Translations under genes and position numbers: made by a program | Shown: in pieces, positions 18,791 to 27,352 of the stretch | How the letters are laid out: each line of letters opens with the position of its first letter | Numbering within the stretch: position 1 is the stretch's first letter | The notes under the pieces: generated by a model | What the model was told of the DNA's origin: nothing | Database searches by the model: none | The model's input: the letters and a program-made list of their open reading frames with translations, nothing else | NCBI GenBank assembly: GCA_964559135.1 | Contig: CAZLGG010000004.1 | Span: 3,447 to 67,446 of the forward strand | Length of the DNA stretch: 64,000 nucleotides | Source of the DNA: an uncultured Planctomycetia bacterium | GTDB taxonomy: Bacteria; Planctomycetota; GCA-002687715; DRQF01 | Reading direction: 5' to 3'

Positions 18791-21270
18791 CCGTCGTCCT
18801 CCCTCGTCGCGTTCTCGGCCATCTGCTTCTCCACGTCCCGTAACAAGCCGCGAGCTCGATCGAACAACAACTGGTCCTTGTGAATCCAGATGCATTGACG
18901 CATGCACTCGAGAAGGCTGTCGCGGGCATCCTGGAGTCGGCCGAGTCCCATCAGCGCACGGGCTCGGTGGAAGAGCAAGGAAGGGTCGAGGGGGCGGATG
19001 GCGAAGGCCTCGTCGATGAGCACGAGGGCGGATGCGGGGTCGCCGCGATCCAAGAGTCCGAGACCGACTCTCAGCCGCGCCTCCGACGACAGCGGATCGG
19101 CCTCCATGAGCTTGTTCCAAGCCTGGAAGGCCGCCGGCGAACCCGGGGAGTTTCGCTCGAGGATTTGGGCCCGGGCCTCGAGGACACGAGGCGATGTGGG
19201 ATCGATCGATGCCGCCCGCTGCAGGTGTTCGGTGGCGGATCGGAGTTTGTCGAACAGGTTGAAGATGCGCGCCAGCTCGACGTGGACATCGAGGCGATCG
19301 CCGGGATCGGGTTTCAGGTCGAGGGCCCGCCGCAACCACTCCATGGCGGGCAGGAGGAGCCCCTCTCTGGCTCGCACGCGCCCCATCAAGAGGGCGGCCC
19401 GTGCGGCGCGCGGGTTGAGCGCCACGGCGGTTTCCGCCTCCCGCCGCGCACCCGCGACATCGTCCCGGTTCAAGAGCATCTCCGCCAACACGACGTGTGC
19501 GTTGATGAGATAAGGGTGCAGCGCCAACGCGGAGCGAAAGGCCCTCTCCGCCTCGAGGGGACGTCCGGCACGTCGCAGGGCGTCCCCCACCAAAAGAGCA
19601 TAGCGGTACCGATCCGGCCGGCGGACCCAAGCCGTCTGTGCGTGGATCAGCTCGTTTCTGAGCTGGGCCTCGGCGACTCCGGGTGGGAGGGGCCCGACGC
19701 TGCGAAGCTGGAGAACGCGACGATGGTCTTCGCTCGCCTTCAGGGACGCTCTTCCGTGGGCGGCGGTGAGGACGAACAGTCCCGAGAAGACGAGAACAGG
19801 GATGAGCCGTCGGGACCACGGAACCGAACGGGGCGACCGAGGGGTTGTTTCGGCGCGAAGAACGATGGCGGCCAAGACCCAAAACCCGATGCGCGTTCCC
19901 GTCTGAAGGAAAGGAAACGAGACCATGGACGCCCCGAGAACCACGAGAAGCGAAAGCAACAGGGAACCCCGAAACCGCAGATCGTCGCCACAGGCCCGCC
20001 CAAGCCCCCGGAATCCTCCGAGAAAGACGCCTCCCACGGCAAGGAGCCAAAGGACCGCCCCGGGCAAGCCTCGCTCCGCGGCCAGATGCAACACGTCGTT
20101 ATGGGGTTTCGCGGGTTGGCGGCGCAACTTCAGACGTCCCGTCGCATGGGTGGCGCGCGACGCCGCGTACGCGGGATAAAAGACGGGAAACCCTCCCGGC
20201 CCGAAGCCCGTGACCGGCCGGTCCTCCACCATGGCCAGCGTGTTCTTCCAGAGGACGATCCGCTCCGTCACCGTGGTGTTTTCGCCGTCGAAGGCGGATC
20301 GAATCCGTCGCATCACCGTCGTCGGAGCCTGACCGTGGCGGGCACTTCCTTCGGTGAGCGAGGCCGCCGTCGCGAAGCCGCCCAAGAGCGCCAACGCCAC
20401 GAGTCCATGGAAGGTCAGATGCGCCATCCTGGAGCCGAAAAGAGGTCGATTCCGGGCGGACCGGACGACGAGATAGATCCCGGCCAGCCCGGATGCCCCG
20501 AGGAGGGAAATCATGACCGCCCGCGATCCGGTTTCAGCGATGTAGGTGGCGCAAAGGCCTGCGGCCAGAAGACAAGCCGCTCCCCGCGCGAGGTTCCATG
20601 CCCGGAGACCTCCAGTTCGGACGGCGTAGTTCCAAGCGAGCGCCAAAAGCGGGAACAAAGCCATGGCCACGAACTCCGCACCCATGTTCGGATGCCCGAA
20701 CGTGGAGGCCGGAGTGTCCGCCTGATCCAGGTCCGCGAAGAGACCTCCGGGGAAAACGCCCAGGGAACCCCGATGGGACCCATGCGCCAGCCCGTCCCCG
20801 ACGCCGCCGAGACCCGCAAGGGGGAGATTCGGGTGGGCGAGGAGAAACTGTCCGTGGCCCACGACGGCCGCGATGCACGCCGCCAAGCTCATGGCAACCA
20901 CGGCGCCTCGACGAAAGAATTCGTGAGTGGCGAGCTGCCAGGCCAGCAGAAACCACCCCAGAGTCTCCAGATCCCGCATCACGGGATCGGCGCCCTGAGA
21001 CGGGACGAGGGCCACGGCCCAGCAGACGAGCGCCCATATTGTGAAGATGACAACGAGCTTCGGAGACCAACTCCGTCCTCCGCCGTCCAGGACCTTCATG
21101 GAGCCGAAAACGGCCAGAAAAGCCCACAGACCCCAGATCATGAGCCCTGACAGAATCCGCCGAGGCAACTCGGTTTGTTCGTAGGCCTCCCTCCAATACA
21201 ACAAGGGGAAGATGAGAAGCCCTGCGCAGGCGGCGAGGGCGGCGATACGAATGACTCGCAATGGGGGCAT
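18787..21270 (-). CDS. O-antigen ligase/polymerase-like (Wzy_C) polytopic membrane protein fused to C-terminal TPR repeats
   Basis: About 827 aa from MPPLRVIRIAALAACAGLLIFPLLYW (SD GGAGG 4 nt upstream; the track ORF is open to 21339). N-terminal about 450 aa with about 10 TM helices including the Wzy_C-like stretch with ETGSRAV. The C-terminal about 350 aa are TPR-like (ALALHPYLINAHVVLAEMLL.., AVALNPRAARAALLMGRV.., ALDLKPDPGDRLDVHVELARIF..). Confidence 0.7.
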   Translation of the reverse strand: MPPLRVIRIAALAACAGLLIFPLLYWREAYEQTELPRRILSGLMIWGLWAFLAVFGSMKVLDGGGRSWSPKLVVIFTIWALVCWAVALVPSQGADPVMRDLETLGWFLLAWQLATHEFFRRGAVVAMSLAACIAAVVGHGQFLLAHPNLPLAGLGGVGDGLAHGSHRGSLGVFPGGLFADLDQADTPASTFGHPNMGAEFVAMALFPLLALAWNYAVRTGGLRAWNLARGAACLLAAGLCATYIAETGSRAVMISLLGASGLAGIYLVVRSARNRPLFGSRMAHLTFHGLVALALLGGFATAASLTEGSARHGQAPTTVMRRIRSAFDGENTTVTERIVLWKNTLAMVEDRPVTGFGPGGFPVFYPAYAASRATHATGRLKLRRQPAKPHNDVLHLAAERGLPGAVLWLLAVGGVFLGGFRGLGRACGDDLRFRGSLLLSLLVVLGASMVSFPFLQTGTRIGFWVLAAIVLRAETTPRSPRSVPWSRRLIPVLVFSGLFVLTAAHGRASLKASEDHRRVLQLRSVGPLPPGVAEAQLRNELIHAQTAWVRRPDRYRYALLVGDALRRAGRPLEAERAFRSALALHPYLINAHVVLAEMLLNRDDVAGARREAETAVALNPRAARAALLMGRVRAREGLLLPAMEWLRRALDLKPDPGDRLDVHVELARIFNLFDKLRSATEHLQRAASIDPTSPRVLEARAQILERNSPGSPAAFQAWNKLMEADPLSSEARLRVGLGLLDRGDPASALVLIDEAFAIRPLDPSLLFHRARALMGLGRLQDARDSLLECMRQCIWIHKDQLLFDRARGLLRDVEKQMAENATREDDG

Positions 21271-21428
21271 GAGTCCTCCCGAGAACCCGATTCTTCTCCC
21301 GAGAAAGTTGACCTTTCCTGTCCCGGGTTGCAAGTTCATGCAAGGTCGAGGGGCTCAAGTCTGTCCCCCCGCCCGTCGAAAGTCATTGAAGAGATCGGAC
21401 TTGCCGCAAGTCCTTTGAAAAAACCTTC

Positions 21429-21457
21429 TTGGCGAATCCGAGACGGCCGGGTAAGAT
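21429..21457 (+). promoter_or_regulatory. putative sigma70-type promoter (-35 TTGGCG, 17-nt spacer, -10 TAAGAT) for the Kelch lipoprotein gene
   Basis: Located in the 250-bp divergent spacer, about 70 nt upstream of the start codon at 21525. Confidence 0.3.
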
Positions 21458-21524
21458 CACCTCCGAGATCGGAATGATGTCAGCCGCAACTGCGCGCCAG
21501 GTTTACGGAATAGGGAAACTGCTG

Positions 21525-23534
21525 ATGATGGCGAAGAAGGTGACGAAGGGCATGGCCCTTCTCCTGATCGGCACCGCAATGATGTTGGGAATTCCGGGCT
21601 GCAGCGGTGGAGGGTTCACCCCCCCCAACGCGATCGCTGCCTTGGCTGCAACTATCAACCAGGTGCTGACCCTGACCAACCCCACGACGGGCGAAACCAT
21701 CCTGTGCATCGATTACACGGTGACCGGCGATCCAGGGCAGACTTTCGGCCTGGAATTCAAGTTCTTCGTCGACAGCAACGGCAATGGCATGCCGGATGCC
21801 GGTGAAGCCGAGTTCTCCATGACCGAGGTCAGCACGGCCCTCGAGGCCCTCTTCGGCGTGATGTCGGAGAACGGCTCCAATCTGAACCTCTCCAGCGGTT
21901 CGGCCACGGGCACGTTCTACTGGCAGGCCGGCGCGGATCTCGGATTCGTGGGATCCACGGTTTGCGTAGAAATCACTCCCACGGGAGGATTGAGCGGGCA
22001 GACCGTCCAAACCGGCATTCAATGCAATGTTGTCTACGACGGCGGTAGCCCGCCGGTCACCGTGAATGGCGGCAATATCGGTCCCGGCGGCGCCCAGCCC
22101 GGTCGTGCCCGTCACACGGCCCATGCCGTGAACACCATGCCCAACCCCAGCCTCCTGGCGGTGGGCGGCGTGGATGGCGGCGCCAATGCCGTGAACACCT
22201 TGGATCGCTTCGATCTGGATCTGGGCAACCGGATGCAGGTCTTGGCATTCAGCCAAGCCGGACAGGACACGCGGGTCGGGCACGCTTCGGCGTTCTTTTT
22301 CAACAGCGGCGGCAGCGTGAGCATCTTGGTCACGGGCGGCACCAACACGGGCGCCGTGACCCTGGGCACGACGCCCACCGCCCTCAACACCGCGGACATC
22401 TACCAGTTCAGCCCCACGGAATCCGTGACGGCGACTGCCTCCACCATGCAGATGGACCGGGAACGCCATGCGGCCTGCTGGCTTCCGAACAACACGGTGC
22501 TCATCACCGGTGGCGTCGGCACCAATGCCGGCACGTCCACGTCGGCCGAGATCTATGATCCGGTGAGCGACAGTTTCAGTTTGGTGGCGAGCCTTCCGGG
22601 CGCACGGGCTGACCACACCTGCACCCTGCTCCCCAACGGCATGGTCCTCCTCGCGGGCGGGCGGGATCCCTCGAATCCCACAACACCGCAGCCGGCCTAT
22701 CTCTACGACTTCCGCACCAACACGTGGACGAGTACGGGAACGAACATCGATCGTTACCAGCACACGGCCACTCTCTTGGTGAACGGCGTCTGCGCCCTCA
22801 TCGGCGGCCGCAAGGTCTCCGACGATTCCGTCGTCGCCACGGCCGACTTCTACCGGAGTTTCCCGGAGAACGGTGGGGGCATCCCCGCCGGCTTCACATC
22901 CACCGCGTCGGTCGCGCTGTCCTCGGGACGCACCGAGCATGCGGCGGCGCTCTTGGGGAACACCCAGATCCTGGTCTCCGGCGGCTTCGACAACGGCGCC
23001 CCGGGGAGTGCGCTCAGCAGCAGCGAACTCTTCATCCCCACGACCTTCACGAGCCTGACCATCGGCACGTTCAGCCCGGTGACCGCGCTCACGACGGCTC
23101 GTGCGCGGCACACGTCGACCACGCTGCCCGGGGGCACCAACGTCCTTCTCGGAGGCGTCACGGGCACCATGGGAATGGAATCAGCCCTCAACACCATCGA
23201 GGTCTACCAATTCAACAACTCGGCCCCGTCGGTGAGCAACATCGTCATCTCGGCGCCCAGTGGACCCGCTGCGGCCGGGATCACGTTCGACCTCGCGGAT
23301 GCCGAAGGGGACCGGGCCTTCGTGATCGTCCGCTTCTCGACGGACGGCGGCCAGACCTATCAGTTCGCAACCCTCACGGACTACGCGAAAACCGTCAATC
23401 TGGCTCCCGGCAGCCACATGTTGGACTGGAATGCCGCGGCGGATGGCCTGAGCGCGGGTCAAGCCGTTACCCTCGAGATCATCCCTGTCGGAGGGACGAT
23501 GGGAGCCCCCACCACGGTGAACTTCAATCTCTGA
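21525..23534 (+). CDS. Kelch-repeat (beta-propeller) lipoprotein with C-terminal beta-sandwich domain
   Basis: Lipoprotein signal MMAKKVTKGMALLLIGTAMMLGIPGC. Six Kelch-like blades, each ending in a hydrophobic-x-GG motif (HAACWLPNNTVLITGG, HTCTLLPNGMVLLAGG, HTATLLVNGVCALIGG, HAAALLGNTQILVSGG, HTSTTLPGGTNVLLGG). Gly/Thr/Asn-rich N-terminal domain. The ORF is open from 21429; the lipobox-proximal start was chosen. Confidence 0.7.
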   Translation: MMAKKVTKGMALLLIGTAMMLGIPGCSGGGFTPPNAIAALAATINQVLTLTNPTTGETILCIDYTVTGDPGQTFGLEFKFFVDSNGNGMPDAGEAEFSMTEVSTALEALFGVMSENGSNLNLSSGSATGTFYWQAGADLGFVGSTVCVEITPTGGLSGQTVQTGIQCNVVYDGGSPPVTVNGGNIGPGGAQPGRARHTAHAVNTMPNPSLLAVGGVDGGANAVNTLDRFDLDLGNRMQVLAFSQAGQDTRVGHASAFFFNSGGSVSILVTGGTNTGAVTLGTTPTALNTADIYQFSPTESVTATASTMQMDRERHAACWLPNNTVLITGGVGTNAGTSTSAEIYDPVSDSFSLVASLPGARADHTCTLLPNGMVLLAGGRDPSNPTTPQPAYLYDFRTNTWTSTGTNIDRYQHTATLLVNGVCALIGGRKVSDDSVVATADFYRSFPENGGGIPAGFTSTASVALSSGRTEHAAALLGNTQILVSGGFDNGAPGSALSSSELFIPTTFTSLTIGTFSPVTALTTARARHTSTTLPGGTNVLLGGVTGTMGMESALNTIEVYQFNNSAPSVSNIVISAPSGPAAAGITFDLADAEGDRAFVIVRFSTDGGQTYQFATLTDYAKTVNLAPGSHMLDWNAAADGLSAGQAVTLEIIPVGGTMGAPTTVNFNL

Positions 23535-23561
23535 CCCCGGTTGAATCCGAGACAAACGCGA

Positions 23562-23594
23562 GCCGCCGGCGCTTCAGCGTCGGCGGCTTTTTTT
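23562..23594 (+). terminator. Rho-independent terminator after the Kelch lipoprotein gene
   Basis: GCCGCCGGCGCT-TC-AGCGTCGGCGGC: 12-bp GC-rich stem with one G-U pair, followed by TTTTTTT, 28 nt after the stop codon. Confidence 0.7.
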
Positions 23595-23636
23595 CATGCT
23601 CGTCCTCAGGCGCACTATGGGAGATAAGAAGGGGGG

Positions 23637-23728
23637 CTCTCACGGAAGCGCCGAGGCGCAAAGACGCATCGGCCGGGCGACTCGCGATCGGCCCCTTCCT
23701 TCTCTGCGGCTCCGTGCCTCCGTGAGAG
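23637..23728. repeat. REP-like imperfect palindromic repeat element, copy 1
   Basis: Left arm CTCTCACGGAAGCGCCGAGGCGCAAAGACGC. Right arm TCTCTGCGGCTCCGTGCCTCCGTGAGAG is roughly its reverse complement. A second copy, 80-85% similar, lies at 54391..54567. Both are in spacers between convergent genes. Confidence 0.5.
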
Positions 23729-23890
23729 ACAAACCTGAAGGTCGATAAAGGCCCGAACCTGGACGCATCATCGCACAACAAGGGCGCTTCGAGGACGTGG
23801 AGGGAAGAGCTTGCTCTTCATGCCGGCTCGAGGGGCGTCGATCACACGACGGGAAGGCGTCGTGCTGAACAGGCTCGCCCCTTCGAGAGG

Positions 23891-25222
23891 TCAATAGCCG
23901 ATCTTACCCCGGAGGAACGAAGCGACGGCGTCGATAGCAACCCGTTCCTGTGCCATGGAATCCCGATCGCGGATCGTCACCGTGCCGTTCTCCTTGGAGT
24001 CGTGATCCACGGTGATGCAGTAGGGGGTGCCGATCTCGTCTTGTCGCCGGTAGCGGCGACCGATGGCCCCGCTTTGGTCGTAGAAGACGTTGAACTGTCT
24101 TCTTAGATCCTCTTCCAGCTTGTGGGCGATGTCGGGAAGGCCGTCTTTTTTCACCAATGGGAAGATGCCCGCCTTGATGGGGGCGAGCTTGGGATGCAGA
24201 TGGAGAACCGTTCGAGAATCGCCATCCTCCAACGCCTCCTCATCGTAGCCGTCCACGAGGAAGACGAGGACTGCGCGATCCACTCCGAGGGCGGGCTCGA
24301 TCACGTAGGGCCAATAGCGTTCCTTGGTCTGATCGTCGAAAAAGCGCAGATCCCGGCCCGTGGCCTCCTGGTGACGCTTCAGATCGAAATCGGTCCGGTT
24401 GGCGACGCCTTCCAATTCCTTCCAGCCGAAGGGAAACTGGTACTCGAGATCCGCGCAGGCCTTCGAGTAGTGGGCCAGTTCGTTCCCTTCATGCTCGCGA
24501 AAGCGCATGCGGTCGGGGTCCACGCCCAGGTCGAGAAACCATTGCAGACGTTCCTTGCACCAGTACTCATACCAGGTGTCCGCCTCTGCCGGGGGGACGA
24601 AGAATTCCATCTCCATCTGCTCGAATTCCCGGCTCCGGAAGATGAAGTTCTCCGTCACGATCTCGTTGCGGAATGACTTCCCCTGCTGCGCAATCCCGAA
24701 GGGGGGCTTGACGCGCGAGGTCTCGAGGACGTTCTTGAAGTTGACGAAAATGCCCTGAGCCGTCTCCGGACGGAGGTACACGGCGGACTCCTGGCTTTCC
24801 ACCGGCCCCATGTTCGTCTTGAACATCAGATTGAACTGCCGGGGTTCGGTCAGTTCGCCGTCGCATTCCCCCGGCCGCTTCGACGGTTTTTCGGGACAGA
24901 CCTGGGTGTCCAGCGTGTCCGCGCGGAATCGTGCCTTGCATTTCTTGCAATCCACGAGGGGATCGTTGAATCCGGAAACGTGGCCACTGGTCTCCCAGAC
25001 CTTCGGGTGCATGAGGATCGATGTGTCCAGTCCGACGACGTCGGAGCGGCCCCGCACCAGGACGTTCCACCATGCATCCTTGACGTTCCGCTTCAACTCC
25101 ACGCCCAAGGGGCCATAGTCCCAGCAGGACTTGAGACCTCCATAAATCTCGCTGGAGGGGAAGACGAATCCTCGGCGCTTGCAGAGCGACACGAGCTTTT
25201 CCATGGTATCGGCGGGTTTCAA
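23891..25222 (-). CDS. glyQS: glycine--tRNA ligase, dimeric alpha2 type
   Basis: 443 aa. MEKLVSLCKRRGFVFPSSEIYGGL.., class II motifs FRNEIVTENFIFRSREFEQMEMEFF and anticodon-binding C-terminus. True start may be the Met at residue 7 (25204). Confidence 0.9.
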   Translation of the reverse strand: MKPADTMEKLVSLCKRRGFVFPSSEIYGGLKSCWDYGPLGVELKRNVKDAWWNVLVRGRSDVVGLDTSILMHPKVWETSGHVSGFNDPLVDCKKCKARFRADTLDTQVCPEKPSKRPGECDGELTEPRQFNLMFKTNMGPVESQESAVYLRPETAQGIFVNFKNVLETSRVKPPFGIAQQGKSFRNEIVTENFIFRSREFEQMEMEFFVPPAEADTWYEYWCKERLQWFLDLGVDPDRMRFREHEGNELAHYSKACADLEYQFPFGWKELEGVANRTDFDLKRHQEATGRDLRFFDDQTKERYWPYVIEPALGVDRAVLVFLVDGYDEEALEDGDSRTVLHLHPKLAPIKAGIFPLVKKDGLPDIAHKLEEDLRRQFNVFYDQSGAIGRRYRRQDEIGTPYCITVDHDSKENGTVTIRDRDSMAQERVAIDAVASFLRGKIGY

Positions 25223-25330
25223 AATGACGGCCCTCGTTCGCGCGGAGAGACAAGCTTCTCGGAGAGCCGGATTATGCGGGGGGGGGCTGGGACTTTCAAC
25301 GCACGGGCGGATCTCGAGCGGCGATCGGGG

Positions 25331-26095
25331 TTAGCGAACTTCCTGTCCGGCACGCTGCAAGTGGAAACGGCCTGCCGCCTCGACATGGGACCGGAAGAGC
25401 GCCAGATTGAAATCCAGATTCGTGAAGGTGAGTTCCGGGTGCCATTGGACGGCCCGAGCGAAAGTGTGTTTCTCACTCGCCATCGCCTCGGCCACTCCGT
25501 CGGTCGCCTTGGCGACGATGGTGAATCCGGGCGCCGGTTCCTTCACGCACTGGTGATGGTAGCTGTTCACCCGCACCTTGGTCTCCCCCACCAGATGATG
25601 CAGCCAGCTATCGTCCATGATTTCGATGCTGTGGGAGGGATACTCCTCGGTGAGCTTTTGGAAGTGGAGCAGCGTCTCGTTCCCCATCTGGGACTCGATA
25701 TCCTGCACGAGCGTTCCTCCCGCCGCCACATTGAGGACCTGCATTCCCCGACAGATTCCGAAGGTGGGCATATCTCGGGAAAGGGCTTCCCGGGTCAGGA
25801 TCATCTCGGTGACGTCGCGGAGGGGATTGATCTGCTCGATGCGGCGGTGCGGTTCTTCCCCGTACCAAGACGGATCGACGTCGAACCCTCCGGTGAGCAG
25901 AAGGCCGTCACAGACATCCAGGAGCTGAATCAGGACCTCCGCGTTCTGGGTCAGCGGCAAGATCATAGGCACCCCGCCTGCGGCCTCGACGGCCTGAACG
26001 TAGTGCATGGAGACGCCGAAACGGGGGTAGGGACGGTCGTTGTGGGTGAAGTAGATCTTCCGGGATGACACGCCGATGACTGGCCGTCGACTCAT
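25331..26095 (-). CDS. class I glutamine amidotransferase-like / peptidase C26 family hydrolase (gamma-glutamyl hydrolase-type)
   Basis: 254 aa. Catalytic triad context GICRGMQVLNVAAGGTL (Cys nucleophile) and ..HHQCV..WHPE.. (His/Glu). PuuD/C26-like fold. Confidence 0.8.
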   Translation of the reverse strand: MSRRPVIGVSSRKIYFTHNDRPYPRFGVSMHYVQAVEAAGGVPMILPLTQNAEVLIQLLDVCDGLLLTGGFDVDPSWYGEEPHRRIEQINPLRDVTEMILTREALSRDMPTFGICRGMQVLNVAAGGTLVQDIESQMGNETLLHFQKLTEEYPSHSIEIMDDSWLHHLVGETKVRVNSYHHQCVKEPAPGFTIVAKATDGVAEAMASEKHTFARAVQWHPELTFTNLDFNLALFRSHVEAAGRFHLQRAGQEVR

Positions 26096-26157
26096 GCACT
26101 CGTTCTCCTGCGGCTGGGGTCAATCCATGATGACAGAACCAGGGGTCGGGAAAACCC

Positions 26158-27243
26158 TCATTTCGCCTTCTTGAGGAATCCCGGAGTCTTCATGGCCAAC
26201 TCGGTGACCTTGCCGAGACTGCGGCCTTCGCAGGTGATGCAGCTCTTGTAGGGGGAGCGGTGCCGCTTCATCTCCTCGCGAAGCGTCTTATAGGCCTCGC
26301 CGTTCCAGACCCGATCGAAGCCGTCCTCGAAGAGATTGCCGAAGTCGACCTTCTCGTCCATCTGGAGTGCGCAGCAAGGCGTCACCTTGCCGTCGATCGC
26401 CACGTAGATCTGAACCCATGGATAGATGCAATCCGGGCTCTTCTCCTCGGGGTTGAAGTCGTCCTTGTAGCGTTCCTCGTAGAAAGGAAGCAGGGAGATG
26501 ATCTCCTCGAGGTTCGTGGGAACACCCAGGGAGTCCCCCAACTCTCGGGTCTCGACGAGAGCTTGGCGATAGGCGTCCCTGCTGAGGCCTCCCAGCAGCT
26601 CGTCCTCTCTCTCCTCGATGCCCACCAGGTTCATGGGGCGGAAGTTCACCCGGCACACGCCCATTTCCTTGGCCAGCTCGACAACGGACTTCATCTCGTG
26701 AAGGTTGTCTCGACCGAGGACGTATTCGAAGCCGACGTCGGGTCGGGAAATACCTCGCTCCTCCTTCAGAGCCTGGATGGCGCGAATCCCCTCGAGGATG
26801 GCCTCATGGAAATCGGCGAGGCGCATCTTCCGATAGGTCTCGGCCGTGGCGGCATCGATGGAGAGGCGAAGCGCCCAAAGTCCCGAGTCCACGATCTGCT
26901 CCGCCAACTCCGGCCCAAGCGTGCCGTTGCTGGTGACGATGGCCTTCGCGTCGTGGTCGCGGACGTACGCCAGCATCTTGAAGAGGTCCGGACACAGCGT
27001 CGGCTCGCCGTCGCCCGCGAACGTGACGCGCATGGGCTTCACGTCGTCGAACACCTCCTTGAAGGTCTCGAACGTCATATGCTTGGGACGAAAGACGTTC
27101 TTCTCGCGGACGCAGAACGCGCACTTGAGATTGCAGAACGTGGTCGGCTCGATCTGGAGATGCAAAGGCGTGTTCGACACCTTTTGCGGCCGGGCCAGGA
27201 CGCTGATCCCGGCTTTCATCATGTTGGCGATTCCGCCCATCAC
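26158..27243 (-). CDS. radical SAM enzyme with C-terminal SPASM/twitch Cys-rich domain
   Basis: 361 aa. CxxxCxxC cluster motif IEPTTFCNLKCAFC, SAM-binding FAGDGEPTL, C-terminal auxiliary-cluster cysteines (DCIYPW..TPCCALQ..SCITCEG). Good SD (AGGAGA) 5 nt upstream of ATG. Confidence 0.8.
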   Translation of the reverse strand: MMGGIANMMKAGISVLARPQKVSNTPLHLQIEPTTFCNLKCAFCVREKNVFRPKHMTFETFKEVFDDVKPMRVTFAGDGEPTLCPDLFKMLAYVRDHDAKAIVTSNGTLGPELAEQIVDSGLWALRLSIDAATAETYRKMRLADFHEAILEGIRAIQALKEERGISRPDVGFEYVLGRDNLHEMKSVVELAKEMGVCRVNFRPMNLVGIEEREDELLGGLSRDAYRQALVETRELGDSLGVPTNLEEIISLLPFYEERYKDDFNPEEKSPDCIYPWVQIYVAIDGKVTPCCALQMDEKVDFGNLFEDGFDRVWNGEAYKTLREEMKRHRSPYKSCITCEGRSLGKVTELAMKTPGFLKKAK

Positions 27244-27267
27244 GTTCTCCTAAATCGTCACGGCAAA

Positions 27268-27293
27268 AGAATATGCACTTGCAAGCATATTCT
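27268..27293. promoter_or_regulatory. perfect 9-bp inverted repeat AGAATATGC-N8-GCATATTCT, 25 nt upstream of the radical SAM start codon
   Basis: AT-rich perfect palindrome in a 65% GC genome. It sits between the GT4 stop and the rSAM SD. Candidate operator for a dimeric regulator, or an RNA hairpin (weak terminator/attenuator) after the GT4 gene. Confidence 0.4.
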
Positions 27294-27352
27294 GCCCTGC
27301 CTCGTCACGCCAAGGAATTCCGCTTTACGGTCTCCCGGCACACCTGAAATTG

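Noticed and set aside
18791-20050. Upstream part of minus-strand ORF 18509..20050 (513 aa)
   Set aside because: It overlaps the Wzy_C-TPR gene in another frame and gives an Arg/Pro/Gly-rich translation. Only the last 93 codons, starting at the ATG that overlaps the upstream stop codon, look like a real small gene.
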